A stretch of 64,000 nucleotides of DNA from Octopus vulgaris (taxonomy: Eukaryota), in NCBI GenBank assembly GCA_951406725.2, contig OX597816.1, positions 12,834,001-12,898,000 on the forward strand, in the 5' to 3' direction. Within the stretch, counting starts at the first letter, position 1; the number at the start of each line of letters is the position of its first letter. Positions 1 through 14,061 of this stretch are shown one piece after another. Below the pieces are notes generated by a model. The model was not told where the DNA came from and searched no databases. It was given only the letters and a program-made list of their open reading frames with translations. A program made the position numbers and the translations under genes.

Positions 1-79
1 CAGACGTATTTTCGCAAAATATTGGAAATGGATGTCATAGCTTATATGTCTGTGACAATAATTTACAGCAATCTCATGA

Positions 80-188
80 TGTCAAGACCTGGAGTCATGT
101 GATAATTACTGGAGTATTAATAACCTCATATATACAACTGCTATAACTCTTAAAGAATACTTAGGAGAAACCTGCAGTATACGTGGTA
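80..188 (+). mobile_element. Second fragment of the R4/Dong-like LINE (paralogous to ~2010-2120)
   Basis: taattactggagtattaataacctcatatatacaactgctataactcttaaagaatacttaggagaaacctg is nearly identical to 2031-2103. Confidence 0.75.
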
Positions 189-189
189 C

Positions 190-507
190 TTACACGCACT
201 CACATGCACTCATACATACATACATAATACATACATACATACATACATACATACATACATACATACGTACGTACGTACGTACATACATACATACATACAT
301 ACATACATACATACGTACGTACATACATACATACATACATACATACATACATACATACGTACGTACGTACGTACGTACATACATACATACATACATACAT
401 ACACACACACATACATACATACATACATACACACATACATACATACATACATACATACATACATACATACATACATACATACATACATACATACATACAT
501 ACATACA
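190..507. repeat. (TACA)n microsatellite with (TACG)n interruptions
   Basis: Direct reading; explains the MYVC/HTYI pseudo-ORFs. Confidence 0.97.
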
Positions 508-576
508 TTTTATTTATATTATTTATTTCATCTAGTTTCAGCTAACGAGATTTGGCCATGCTGGGGCACCGCCATT

Positions 577-582
577 AAAAAA
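577..582 (-). terminator. Pol III oligo-T terminator of the tRNA
   Basis: Run of T on the minus strand about 10 nt past the tRNA 3' end. Confidence 0.55.
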
Positions 583-592
583 TTCTTTATGA

Positions 593-665
593 AGCCCCCA
601 GTGAGAATTGAACTCACGACCCCTGATTTACAAGACTAGTGCTCTAACCTCTGAGCTATGGAGGC
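593..665 (-). tRNA. tRNA-Thr(TGT) gene or recent pseudogene
   Basis: Minus strand GCCTCCATAGCTCAGAGGTTAGAGCACTAGTCTTGTAAATCAGGGGTCGTGAGTTCAATTCTCACTGGGGGCT (73 nt): paired acceptor stem, D arm, TGT anticodon, GTGAG/CTCAC T-stem, A and B boxes; A.C mismatch and G.T pair in the anticodon stem. Confidence 0.85.
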
Positions 666-667
666 AT

Positions 668-763
668 TCATACATACATACACACACATACATACATACA
701 TACATACATACATACATACATACATACATACACAAACATACATACACACACATACATACACTC

Positions 764-814
<51 letters not shown>

Positions 815-1001
815 TACATACATACACACACACATACATACATACACACATACATACACACACATACATACACACACATACATACACACATACATACATA
901 CACATACATACACACATACATACATACATACATACATACATACATGCATACATACATACATACATATATATACATACATACATACATACATACATACATA
1001 C
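668..1001. repeat. (TACA)n/(CA)n compound microsatellite
   Basis: Direct reading. Confidence 0.97.
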
Positions 1002-1189
1002 AAGATGGCGTCATCAGCATCAGATATGCATGCGTAGAGAGCCTTTTAAAATATATTTTTGTAAGGTCCCCTTCTACATTTATGCCGACGCCTCCAGCCA
1101 AAATCAGTAACTGGTTTAGTTCTTTTATCATGAATAAGAGAAACACTTTTTACCTGCGAAGGTAGCGTTATTCGAACCGGAACTTTAAA

Positions 1190-3212
1190 ATACACATTAT
1201 ACCACGTGGAATTTCGCTAACATGATTATGGCTGAAACTAAGAACAACACCACTGACAACAACAGCAATACAACACCAGAAAGCTATCAAAGAAGACATA
1301 AGTACTCCTGTCATTTTACTTGGACTCCACATCTAAACGAAGATCTAATTCGTTGCTCTCAAAAAGCCCGCGATGACCTTTCTATCGGATATATGACGCA
1401 GTTAAAACAAATATTGGGACGAATCCTATCCTAGCTTAAACACCATTACAGTGAAACAACTTCGGCAACAAGCATCTTTTTTAAAGAGGAAAAATAACTA
1501 GCTCCCGTGATGCAAATCGGTCTTCTCCAAATACTGAGAAATGGCCAAAGCAATGCAATCAAACCGCCGACATCTCTAAATTTTTGTGTCTCTCCAAATG
1601 TAGCTGAGTCAACGCAGACAACTGTGGAATGTATTCAACTTAGAAATATCCTGAAACAAGGCGCTGAGCTGTCAGAAACGTTAGCACGCCGGGCGAAATG
1701 CTTAGCGGTACTTCGTCTGACTTCGTCTGAGTTCAAATTTCGCCGAGGTCGACTTTGCCTTTCATCCTTTCGGAGTCGATAAATTAAGTACCAGTTACGC
1801 ACTGGGGTCGATGTAATCGGCTTAATCCCCTTGTCTGTCTTGGCTTGTCCCCTCTATGTTTAGCCCCTTGTGGTCAATGAAGAAATAAGAAATATCCATA
1901 GGAATATTTCCTACTCTTCCAAAGTTATCGTTAAATACGAGGCCAAGCTTAACAAGATTATAAAAAATTCCAACAGTTCTAATGTTGAAAGCTATCAACG
2001 ATGTCGCTGGAGAGCACCTGGAACCATGTGGTAATTACTGGAGTATTAATAACATCATATATACAGCTGCTATAACTCTTAAAGAATACTTAGGAGAAAC
2101 CTGTAGTATATATGGTAATGGAAGTACTAAACCGCAACAACCTAGATGGAAAACAACACGCAAGGAAAACATCAACAATCTACGCCACCATTTTGAATGA
2201 TTAATCACGATAATAAAATGTTAGAGGAACAATGAGCTTGTACCACATCAGTTACATCTTAAAAAGACATTAGCAACACTGTATACAACAAGCTCTTGAA
2301 ACGAGGTTAATTACACCAAAACACGAACTCAGGTCTCTGAGCTAAAATCTTTGCTACCGGAAACGCATTTTCGAACGCATCTATAAATTACATGTCTGCT
2401 TCTAAACCACAGACAGTATACAGAAAGATGAGGAAGGATGATATTACCGTTAAAAATCCCCCTCTTAAGATGATCTTGAATCATTCTAGCTGAAAATCTG
2501 GAACGAAAAGAGGCATCTCAACCTCAATGCACCGTGACTAAATCTAATAATGAGAGAATATTGTACCAACATCAATATCAAAACATATACAATTGACCTA
2601 GAAATTTTCATTATATCCGTAAGCAAAATGCATAAAGGGAAGGCACCTAGAAGAGGTTTAATAGTTGGGTACTTGTATAAGAGGCAGACATTTTACAGCA
2701 AACCACTAATAGTATATTCAAAAGCACCATGGAAATTCAGAATGTCATACCAGATTGGATTGCGAAAGCACGGACGAATCTCGCGGCCAGGAATGAAAAC
2801 ATAGATTTATCCGAAACCTACAGGCCCATTGTATGCCTAAATAATATGTATACACTGTACAAAAAGCTGCCTCAAATAATTCCTCCAGGTTTATTGTGAG
2901 TCCAGGCTGGTGGAAAGAAGAGAGTGCGAGGATTTGCCGAACAACTTCTGATAAACAAAGGTGTACTGTCTGAGGTAAAAAAAACGAAAGATCGTAGGGG
3001 CCTTAGAACATAATAATTTGATTATATGAAGGCATTTGCTTCTATTCCTCACTCATGGCTGCTGAAGGGTTTCCATTTGGCAAAAGTGTCTGCTACTTTG
3101 ATTGCTGCCATTGAAAGGCTCGGAAATACCTGAGCCAGAAGCCTCACACTTAGAAAAGGAAGTGGAATGATTGTCTCCAATGTCATAGATATTTCAATGG
3201 GAATATTCCACC
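1190..3212 (+). mobile_element. Decayed R4/Dong-clade non-LTR retrotransposon (N-terminus plus part of RT), interrupted by a SINE
   Basis: Frameshifted motifs WTPHLNEDLIRC..GYM, INNIIYTAA, KAP..LIVGYLYK, TYRPIVCLNNMY (~2816), QAGGKKRVRGFAEQLLINKGVL (~2903), DYMKAFASIPHSWL (~3020), IDISMGIF (~3185). Confidence 0.8.
1659..1888 (+). mobile_element. tRNA-derived SINE, family A (Meta-domain-like body), monomer
   Basis: gagctgtcagaaacgttagcacgccgggcgaaatgc head, gcctttcatcctttcggagtcgataaattaagtacc body; agaaatatcc repeated on both sides as a probable TSD. Confidence 0.9.
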
Positions 3213-3813
3213 ATTCTCTCATCATAGTTTTTTAACCACTCCTTGGGGGCCACAATTCGCCGCTCCAAGGTTTTCTTACATTTGGTTGCCATTAATACAA
3301 TAAACTAAAATATATAAAAGTCCACGATAAAATCAAAAATGTTCAAATATAAGTCTCTAATGCAAACACAAAAATGAGCAGAAAGACAGACAAGAGAAAA
3401 AGAACGAAGGAAGACAGTTCAAATGACAACAAAATTCAACTCCGGTAATCCTTTGTAGCACAGTTAAAAATCCCTTGCAGCACAAAAATAGCAGCAAAAA
3501 GTTCCTGGTTGTACTCCAAATGGTAAAACTCTGGTTGTACTCCAATTCGAAAAATCCACAAAGTGCACACAGTTACATAAAATCATAAACACTTCTCTTC
3601 ATTTTGGCATTAAACTCATTATCATTCCTGCTGCAAAAAACAAATTGCTACAAGCTAGGATCTGCAACTACAGAAGATATCAATGTAGTCTATAATTTAT
3701 TTGTGGACTACATTCCAGCGACGGAGCTTTGTACCTTTGTTAGAAACCAGCTCCTTTCTCATAGGAAGAATTTAAATGATTAGATACAGAAGAGACATAC
3801 ATACATGAGTGCA

Positions 3814-3879
<66 letters not shown>

Positions 3880-3942
3880 AGTATGTATGTATGTATGTAT
3901 CTATTTACCTATCAATCTTTCTATGTATCTATATTCTTTGTA

Positions 3943-4139
3943 GAGAGTTCACGAAAAGAACAAAAGACGAAGACAGGTGGTGTACAAAACAAACAGATGC
4001 ATTAGTATAACGCAAAGGAATTGAAAAAGTCTTTCAGGTTTTGGGCCTACGCTCTTCCACAGAAAGGGACACAGAAAAAACAAGGTGAGAAAAAAGGAGA
4101 GAAAAAAGTGTGCAGTGGCTACCGATCTATCATGGCGAC
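3943..4139 (-). mobile_element. PLE-type terminal repeat (same family as 17831/18638) with decayed hammerhead
   Basis: Reverse complement aligns with 17850-18055, including ctgtggaagagcgtaggc. Confidence 0.75.
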
Positions 4140-5019
4140 ATGTATATATATATATATATATATATATACTTACTTATATTCATATAATATTTAGTACCAG
4201 CTTTCAATTTCAATGTGCCAAATTCATTCACAAGACTTTTGTCATCCGAGGATTATTCTAGAAGACACTTAACCAGAATCGAAATCAAAAGCATGCGCCT
4301 GAGAGGCTCATATCACAACCTTATAACCATGCTGTTTGCATATATTACATTAAAAACAATGGTAAAATATACGAAAATATCTACTTTATTCAAATATCGT
4401 GCATCTCTCTCCACATAAACTCATTCCTAACTTTGACACATGCTTTACAACAAGGAATTAAACGAACACCAGGTAGCCAATTCCTCTATTTCAAAAGACA
4501 AAAGAGAGAAATTAACAAATATTCAGTACTCAAACGAAACCAGACAGCATTGAACTCAAAAACGAAAGAGAAGTACCAAAATAATATACAGCAATTATTC
4601 AAGCTCTCCATCATTTATAACACTTCAGACACCCCTGCATAATTCAATTTATTATAAATTTATTTTTATATTTTATGTTCATACAAAAACTTTTGGATGA
4701 TTCTTTGGAAAACTTTGGTTTTGCCACTTTCAAACTTTCTCGCTTAAACGTATTTCTAAGACTTGCATGTCCTACCATACGACTCTAGTTACAAGCAATT
4801 GTTTATTTGTCATATTCCTTAACTGAGTTTCCTTGCTACTTTTTTCGACACCTGAGACTCTTCTTACTTTGGTAAGCAGCACCTGATGCTGGGGATATTG
4901 ACAATAGAATGCATTCTTTGCTTTCTTTTCTATGATATAATTAAGTCTACAAATATTTATGCATGCTTCTATGTACGAGTGCTTGTGCATGAGTATATAT
5001 ACGCATACATATGTATACA

Positions 5020-5073
<54 letters not shown>

Positions 5074-5779
5074 CGTGTGCATATATATATATATATATAT
5101 ATACACAAATCCCAAGACATATATTCATATGAATATGTACGTATATCATACCCATGCATATTCATATATATATATATACATGCATACACATATATGCATA
5201 TGTATATATGTATATGTGCATATATATATACATATATACATATGTATATATGTACTATATATACATATACACAAATATATATACATATATATATGTGTGT
5301 AAATATATGTTTCCATGCAAATGTGTATATATACGTATGCATATATGTATGTAAGTATGCATTTAAGCATGTATGTATGCATGTATCTATGTATATGAGA
5401 AGGACGTAGACAGAAGCTTAAGCAATCCACAGAAGAATCTAACTCAATACGATAAAATAATCCAATACCGTAGAATATCGAAAGCTCACAAATTGCCGTT
5501 CTCAGTTTCATTTACAAACTTCACTGCTTCTTAAAGACTGAATCAGTAAATCAATTAATCAATCAATCAATCTATCAATCAATCAATCTATCAATCAATC
5601 AATCAATCAATATATACATACATATATACACGCATATATAAGCCTATTTATATATGTATAATGTGTGTGTGTGTGTCTGTGTGTGTATATATGTATGTAT
5701 ATATGAGAAACACTTCAAATAATTCTCATTTATCTATCTATGTAGTATCTACTTATCAATCTATCCGGCTGTTTGTCTG

Positions 5780-5867
<88 letters not shown>

Positions 5868-5919
5868 TTATATATATATATACGTATGTAAGTATATATA
5901 TATATATATATATATTATT

Positions 5920-6320
5920 CTCTCTCTATTACTTGTTTCAGTCATTTGACTGCGGCCAAGCTGGAGCACCGCCTTTAATCGAGCAAGTCGACCCCGGGAC
6001 TTATTCTTTTTGTAAGCCCAGTACTTATTCGATCGGTCTCTTTTTGCCGAACCGCTAAGTAACGGGGATATAAACACACTAGCATCGGTTGTCAAGCAAT
6101 TCTAGGGGGACAAACACAGAAACACAAACTCACACACACACATATATATACATATATACGACAGGCTTCTTTCAGTTTCCGTCTACCAAATCCACTCACA
6201 AGGTATTGGTCGGCCCGGGGCCATAGCAGAAGACACTTGCCCAAGATGCCACGCAGTGGGACAGAACCCGGAACCATGTGATTGGTTAGCAAGCTACTTA
6301 CCACACAGCCACTCCTGCGC
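5920..6320 (-). mobile_element. tRNA-derived SINE, family B (CORE-like), full length
   Basis: Minus-strand head gcaggagtggctgtgtggtaagtagcttg, ttgggcaagtgtcttct core, internal microsatellite, ggcggtgctccagc...actgaaacaagt tail. Confidence 0.9.
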
Positions 6321-6426
6321 GTATGTATATATATATATATATATATACATACATATATATACGTATATATATGTATATAACTATAGATATACATAAATAT
6401 GTATGTATGTATGTATATATATATAC

Positions 6427-6477
<51 letters not shown>

Positions 6478-6484
6478 ACTACAC

Positions 6485-6655
6485 ATGTGCCGATGGACGT
6501 CCCTCTTTGGACGTTTCTTTTCCTTCTTTCCGACGAAGAGCTATACTTGAAACGTCAAACTCTCTCCTTTCGCCCAGCTTCAAACTCCTGCTTTTTTGTG
6601 CACGTCCTCATGTTTTCCGTTTTTACTCATTTTTATTCGTTTATTTGAACTGTGT
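6485..6655 (+). mobile_element. PLE-type terminal repeat with hammerhead-like motif (CCGACGA...GAAACGTC)
   Basis: 6530-6560 ccgacgaagagctatacttgaaacgtcaaac; related copies at 8515 and 34476. Confidence 0.65.
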
Positions 6656-6869
6656 GTAAGTATTTATAATGAGAAAAAAGTCGTCTAATTTTCAAAAAAT
6701 CCTTTTATTTCTTCATTATTATTAGCACTTTCGTTCCTCTCTACAACTTGTCAAACACCATATATATATATATATATATATAACGGTAATACGGTAAATT
6801 ATTTACTACTATTGACATAGAGCCTGAAGTTACCTTGACCTCTTTGCTAAAATTGTGCATAATTTATCA

Positions 6870-6990
6870 CCCTTGAAAAGATGAATTGTAAATTAGGCGC
6901 CGCCAGAATTTGAACGCAGAATAGAAATCTGCAAGAAAACCCACTAAACATGTTATCCTCTCATGCTAAAAACTCTGCCACCTCGTCACA
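6870..6990 (-). mobile_element. Old SINE family A fragment
   Basis: gaatttgaacgcagaa...ctctgccacctcgtc resembles the family A head reversed. Confidence 0.6.
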
Positions 6991-7252
6991 TTAATAATAA
7001 CGATGATGGTGATGATGATAAGGATAATGAAATTTAATTCACTTCTCTAATATCTTCTGGCCTTTTGCCAAGATAAGAACCGAGAAAACGAAGATATCAT
7101 CATCATCTTCATTAATCGTCGGCATCCTTTTCATCATTCTCATCTCCACGACCACAACCACCGCCACCACCACAACCATTATCCACATCGTCAACATCAT
7201 CAATATATATACATACATATATATATATATACACATATACATACATACATTT

Positions 7253-7293
<41 letters not shown>

Positions 7294-7577
7294 TTTAGCC
7301 AGACGTATTAGATTATATTATATACTTCGTTATATTTCATTATACTATATTAATTATATTACATTAAATTTCATTATACGTTATTATATTATATTTTAGA
7401 ATTATATCTACATACATACAAGCACCTATGCGTGTGTGTGTGTGCACGCGCGTGTGTGTATGTATGAAGATATACATGAGTACATACATGCATAAATACA
7501 TATATATATATACTCTTTTACTCTTTTACTCTTTTACTTGTTTCAGCCATCCGGCTGAGGCCATATATTATATATAT

Positions 7578-7578
<1 letters not shown>

Positions 7579-7648
<70 letters not shown>

Positions 7649-7695
7649 ATTATTATTATTATTATTAATGATATTATTATTATTATATGTTATTA
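7579..7695. repeat. (TTA)n microsatellite
   Basis: Direct reading. Confidence 0.95.
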
Positions 7696-8199
7696 ATTCA
7701 AACAAGTAGTGGAATAGAAGTAAGGCTTGGATGGATGGGAAATGGATATTTAGTTAAGCTGCGTATCGTTCCCATGTAAAACCAAGTAACCTGTCACCAT
7801 ATTAGCTTTCCAAAAGTCTGTTGCTGAGATGAGATGTTGGTTAGTTCTTCGTAAACTGCGTACGATTACCAGAAAACACCAGCCAAATATTTAAACATGG
7901 TGTATTACGTTGCACCAGTCATGAAAAGATGTTCAAGTATTTCAATATACAAGTTGAATTTGCGAGAGGAAAATGGCGTAATAGAAAGTGCAAAGGACGG
8001 ACTATCAAAAGCTTAACACTAGGCTGGTTTTAACGTAATGTGTATATACATATATAATATATATAATTAAATAGGTTTCATTACCGTTATTGATAATAAT
8101 AATGTGATAATACAATGGCCAGCAACTTTATACTTTATAAGTAAAAATACAAACAGAATTCATTAGGCTATCAGAATACCACTTGTTATATATATATAC

Positions 8200-8261
<62 letters not shown>

Positions 8262-8474
8262 AAATAAGCAACAAGGATATCCAAAGGTAGTGCAGTGCAA
8301 TCGTTTCATGCGACATCATTTAATTAAACAATGCAAGTGTTACATCGGTTTTAAAATGTAGACCAATCTTCAGCTGCATACAAATATAGAATTTAGTTAA
8401 ATTGAAAAGACTCATTTTTATAGTTATTCCATTTACCAACGTCACAAACTTAATTACCATATTCAACTGAATCG

Positions 8475-8637
8475 ATTGTCTTCCCTTCTCTGGATCTTTC
8501 CTTCTCCTATGTTTCCGACGAAGAGCTCCACTCGGAACGTTAAACCTTCCTTCTTTCCTGAGTGTCCAATAATACTATATTTGTTCCACGTCCTCGCGTT
8601 GTTGTGTTTTTTTGTGCTGTCTTGTTTGGATTAACTG
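8475..8637 (+). mobile_element. PLE-type terminal repeat with hammerhead-like motif
   Basis: gttt ccgacga agagctccactc ggaa cg tt aaac at 8511-8545; homologous to 34435-34595. Confidence 0.65.
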
Positions 8638-9380
8638 TATATATATATATATATTTCGTTTTTTGATTTGGTTTGCAAGATTCTTTATGTGAGTTGGTGT
8701 GTTGAAGCATATTCTGTTGTATCTAGAGTGAGTCATTCTCTTTTAGTGCCTTATAAGTTAACACACACACCGGTAAAATTTCCACTTATTTCTTGTCATG
8801 TCCACCGTACGATCGCATATGTTATTAGAATGGCTGTGTAGTCGCAACGTACTCAAGAATACACTGGAGTTTGGCACAAAGTGAAGACACCGTTCGGGAC
8901 CGATTTCTTTAACACTCTGCAAATGGCGTCAAGAATCAAATGTGTTTGTAGGTTATGTTTATGAAAGCTTCGAGAATGCTCTTGAGAAACTATCACGTGA
9001 AAACGAGTCGTTGATTGGATAAGAACTCGGCTGGGTACATGATCAAGCTGCTGTTAATATTTAACTTGATATTCGTAATGAGGCAGAGTGTATTCGAATC
9101 CATGGTACAAAAGAAATAAAGTGGCAAATGCGCAGTAAATATTTCAGGATTTATTAGAATTCCACTATATTTTATTAAAGGAATACACTTTACCAGTTTA
9201 AGGTTATATTTTCAAAAGTGTACAGTATGTGGATCTGTGTCTCGATGTATGTCTATATTGGCCATCGTTATAAAAATAATCAGAAATATTGGTGATCAGT
9301 GAATAAACTTCATTGAAATATTTATATATATATATTTGCGAAGTCTAGACAGATATCTTCAGCTAGCAGGCCTCTGTTAC

Positions 9381-9427
9381 TCTAGACCGATGATGGGCAA
9401 AGACCCTGAAACATGCGTGTCTCTAGA
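9381..9427 (+). ncRNA. Type I hammerhead ribozyme-like motif at the tip of a long hairpin
   Basis: TCTAGA-CCGATGA-tGGGcaaagaCCCt-GAAA-CATGCGTG-TC-TCTAGA: stems I, II and III with a GUC cleavage triplet. Confidence 0.75.
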
Positions 9428-10326
9428 TGCAGGCCTAGCTGTTGGGGGTATTTGTATCCCCTTCGTAAATATATAAGAACACAGGAAATGTGTCAAGGCC
9501 GACAGGAAGCGTCGATGCTTCCTAGGGCTAAACAGCGGTGGTGTAATCCCCCCATCTCCCCCTTACTGTCACGTTAAGTTGACAGTATAGAACCACGTTA
9601 TAAAAATAGTTTCTTTTAAAAGTAGGAATGCGGCTCAGGACACTATCCATTAAAGTACAAATTGATTGGTCAAACTCATGTAGCAAGCTCATCTGGCAAT
9701 CGCGCGAGAAAATCACATAACGGCTTTACACCATTGAATATGTCATACGACAGTTAGAAAAGAGAGATATGAATAAGTAATGCTGTGATTGTTCACATAA
9801 AAGTTTTATAGGTAATTATTGTTTATTATTCTATCGAATAATAATGTTATCGATTAGTGTTACTTCAGTCCCATTCAACATGTTAAAAGATATATATTAT
9901 TGTGTGAAGAATTTTGGCAAATAAAAGCATGTATATAAGTTTCGTGAGGAATGAAAATTATGAGATCAAATAGATTGGCAAGATTACTAGAGACAGGTGA
10001 TTTGGAAATGACTTGCTGAATATTCTAAGAAATATATTTATTTAATTCTGACATCGTCGCATACCAACAGCGTCATTAGTAAAATTGACAGCAAGGGAAT
10101 CACTGCTATTACAATTAGAATTGAAATTCACTTCAACATACAACTGAACTGCATTACCGAACATTTTAACGATATTGACCAGTGAGTGGAGGAGTCAATG
10201 GTCGAACTGCTCAAAATAGCCACTACGTCTGCCCCTAATAATCTAACAGCAACCTCCTTCTTCATCTCCTCCTCTGCATCATATATACACACATGCATAT
10301 ATATATATATATATATATACATATTT

Positions 10327-10480
10327 AGGACGGGTTTCTTTCAGTTTTCGTCTACCAAATCCACTCACACGACTTTGGTCGGCCCGAGGCCATAGGAGAA
10401 GACACTTGCCCAAGGTGCCACGCAGTGGGACTGAACCCGGAACCATGTGGTTTGTAAGCAAGCTACTTGCCACACAGCCA
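10327..10480 (-). mobile_element. SINE family B head
   Basis: Matches 6160-6310. Confidence 0.9.
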
Positions 10481-10603
10481 TAAAATAAATCGTGTATTGT
10501 TGAAATATAAAGAATTTAGTGTACGTAAACTTTACCAAAGAAATCTCATATTGACCCCAAATGGCTGTATTGACCCCGGTTGAGAATTACTGTTCTAATG
10601 TAT

Positions 10604-11013
10604 GTATTTCTTTATTGCCCACAAGGGGCTAAACATAGAGGGGACAAACAAGGACAGGCAAGTCGATATCATCGACCACAGTGCGGAATTGGTACTTATT
10701 TTATCGACCCCGATAGATGAAACGGAAAAAATCAACCACGGCGGAATTTGAACTCAGAACATAGCGGCAGACGAAATACCTATTTCTTTACTACCCACAA
10801 GTGGCTGAACACAGAGGGGACAAACAAGGAAAGTCAAATGGATTAAGTAGATTATATCGACTCCAGTGCGTAACTGGTACTTATTTAATCGACCCAGAAA
10901 GAATGAAAGGTAGAGTCAACCTCGGCGGAATTTGAACTCAGAACGTAGAGGCACGAAATACCGCCAAGTATTTCGTCCAGCGTGCTAACGTCTCTGCCAG
11001 CTCACCGCCTTAG
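10604..11013 (-). mobile_element. SINE family A dimer with 13-bp TSD
   Basis: Two tandem bodies; tgttctaatgtat at 10591-10603 and 11014-11026. Confidence 0.9.
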
Positions 11014-11974
11014 TGTTCTAATGTATAACTAAAGATATATTTGCCGGAGACTTGCAAGTCCTTCTTTTGGAATTTCTTTTACGACATTTGCATGAAGTAT
11101 GGGTGTCCCAGATGTATTAAGCAATATACCACTCCATTGTGGGCCTTTCTTGAGTTGTGTAAAGCAGTGGAGGAGCAGATGGTTAGAAGTAAAGCTTTTT
11201 CTGACGCTTAATGTAATGCTTTTCTTTGAGATTAAGTCTCAATTACGTTATCTGTGACGCGGGCTCACCTGCGTTAATAACTATTATGCAGGTTTTAATA
11301 ATTTTGACTTATACATGAGCGGAGATGTTAAGATAGAAATATATAACAACGAGAGCAACAACAACACCAACAACATCAGCATTACTGTGGTTTGTGATCT
11401 TAGATATGATCGTAAACATGACAGATTTTTAATGAAATTATGTTTGTTCAAAGGACAAAGCATAAAATAAGAACGAAAGAATGTCAAACTAAATATGAAA
11501 GCATTTTGTGAAAAGAGCAACCAAATGATTGAAACAGAAAACATCGTAGAAGAGGCACCATTATTTAAAATAGCAATGACAATTTAGAAAGTACAGGTGT
11601 ATATTTAGAAAGGTGTAATTAACAGAGATAAAACAAGAATAGAATAAGATTATGGTGGAAGAGATAATGTAGTTAAGATTATATTTGTGGAATTAATTAT
11701 GAAATCTGAGATTGCTCGCAGGTTACAAAGACTTTTAAATACTAGAAACATGTAGAACAAGAAAATTTATAACCAAGAATTCATGTAATTACAGAACAAT
11801 ATATTTTGGTTATGTGTAGTTTTTATTTTTTTGTGTGAATATGTGTATATGAGCTTGTTTCGGCAATAGTGAGCGTGTATGGAAGCCTGCACGCGTCTGT
11901 ATTCTCTGGCATCTGTGATTCGTAATGTATGTATGCGATTCAAGGTAGCATATGTTCTGAATTTGTTACATCTT

Positions 11975-11985
11975 ACACATATATT

Positions 11986-12029
<44 letters not shown>

Positions 12030-12841
12030 TGTGTGTGTGTGTGTTTGTGTGTATGTGTGTGCGTATATACATATACATATAAGTATACATATATGTATAT
12101 ATACACATATACATATATATATATGTATATACACACACATATATAAGTATGTATGCATACATGTATGCATGTATGTATTTACGTATTTGTGCATGCAGGT
12201 ATATATGAAGGTATGTATGTATGCATGCATGTATGTATGCATGCATGTATGCATGCATGTATATATGTATGTATGCATGCATGTATATATGTATGTATAT
12301 ATCTATGTATGTATGTATGCATGCATGTATGTATACATTTATGTATGTATATATGTATGTATGCATGTCTGCATGTATGTATGCATGTACGAATGTATGT
12401 ATGCATGTATGTGTATATGTATGTATGTATATGCATATGTTTTTCCCTGAGCTATTTTGTATGGCTATATGTGTGTATGCGTGTGTATTTTTCTTTGTGA
12501 GATTCACGTAAATCTATACATCAATACACCCACGTGCACACAGACACACAACTCTATACACATACAAACAATACAAATACATACATACATGCATGTATAC
12601 GCCGGCATGTACATCAGTGTTTGAGCATGATAATCGGAAATAAATGCTCCATAAGATCGTGTTTCGGTATCTATATACGTACCCGGCAATCTGCATATAT
12701 GTGTCTTTAAATATGTGTGTACACAGAAATGTTCTATACGTCTCTGCATGTGATATATATATGTGTATGTGTGTGTGAGTGTGTACATATATATATATAT
12801 ATATACTTTGATACTATCAAAGTATCAAAGTATATATATAT

Positions 12842-12872
<31 letters not shown>

Positions 12873-13090
12873 CTCACGCATATACACACATTTGTATGTG
12901 TGTATGTGTGTGTATATATGTATACGTACATATATGATAATACATACGTATCTAAATATATTCAATATGTATCTCTCTCATTCTCTCGTTCTCTTTCACA
13001 CTCTTCCCCTCTCTCTCTCCCTATATATATATATGTGTGTGTGTGTGTATATGTATATATATATATAGATAGATAGATAGATAGATACAT

Positions 13091-13121
<31 letters not shown>

Positions 13122-13150
13122 CCAACATATATAAATATATATATATATAT

Positions 13151-13216
<66 letters not shown>
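11975..13216. repeat. Compound (TA)n/(TATG)n/(GATA)n/(CA)n microsatellite field
   Basis: Direct reading. Confidence 0.9.
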
Positions 13217-14061
13217 TATCTGTAATCTAAATATGACTGCTATTTAACTCCTGTATAAATCATAATTATATTGAGCAGTAGCAGAAGACCAGAAAACTAT
13301 AACCGCATGAATTGTGAAAAAGAAAAAAAACCCAAAGAAGGCCATAAATGTTGGAGTTTCTTATCTTTATAAAGATGTTTTTTTATTTCTCTGAAAGAAC
13401 TCATTATTGCTGTTCCAACAGATATTCTTGAGACTGTCAGGAATAATATATAATATTGAATTAAACGTTCGAATAAAAAAAAATAATAAAAATTTGGAGC
13501 TTACATGACAGAGCAAAATGTTAAAACTATATATTTATATTTCAATCTACACTTTTTCTTTCATTTATGGCCTACGAGATCTACAGATATTTTGTTTTAA
13601 TATTTTGGTTATCATCTGGCTTTATACTCTGCCAATCTTTTAAACTTTATCATTTTTTTAGTTGACAATTACTATTATTCGTTAATCATAGCAACTATAT
13701 GCTGTCGTCTTTCTAGCAGAACAGCATGTAATTCTATTCGCTTCACTTCACCAAGCTGTCAAGAAGAACTACAGCGACCTCAGGAAATGTTTCCAACAAT
13801 AGACTACCATTATTTTTCAATGAAGGATTATTCTCTCATATAGTTAAAGCTGCAGAAAAAAAAAAACTACTAATTTAGAGTGTACCAACCCAACAATCAT
13901 AGAGGATTCTAAAGGAGTCGACTTAAAGTTGTTTGTTCTATATATGACCTGTTTCGGCTTTATTCATTATATTTGGGCACTTTCTATGCATTTATTTGAA
14001 ATATTCTATACTTTTCATTCTCGTATAAAGTATACACTTACATCGATATTTTTAAGTCTTC

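Noticed and set aside
190-1165. MYVC/HTYI ORFs here and similar ones throughout the window
   Set aside because: Stop-free translations of microsatellites
10545-10600. hAT-like end ggttgagaattactg
   Set aside because: No partner TIR found
10604-11013. CRISPR-like repetition of SINE segments
   Set aside because: Eukaryotic SINE dimers; no regular repeat-spacer pattern and no cas genes
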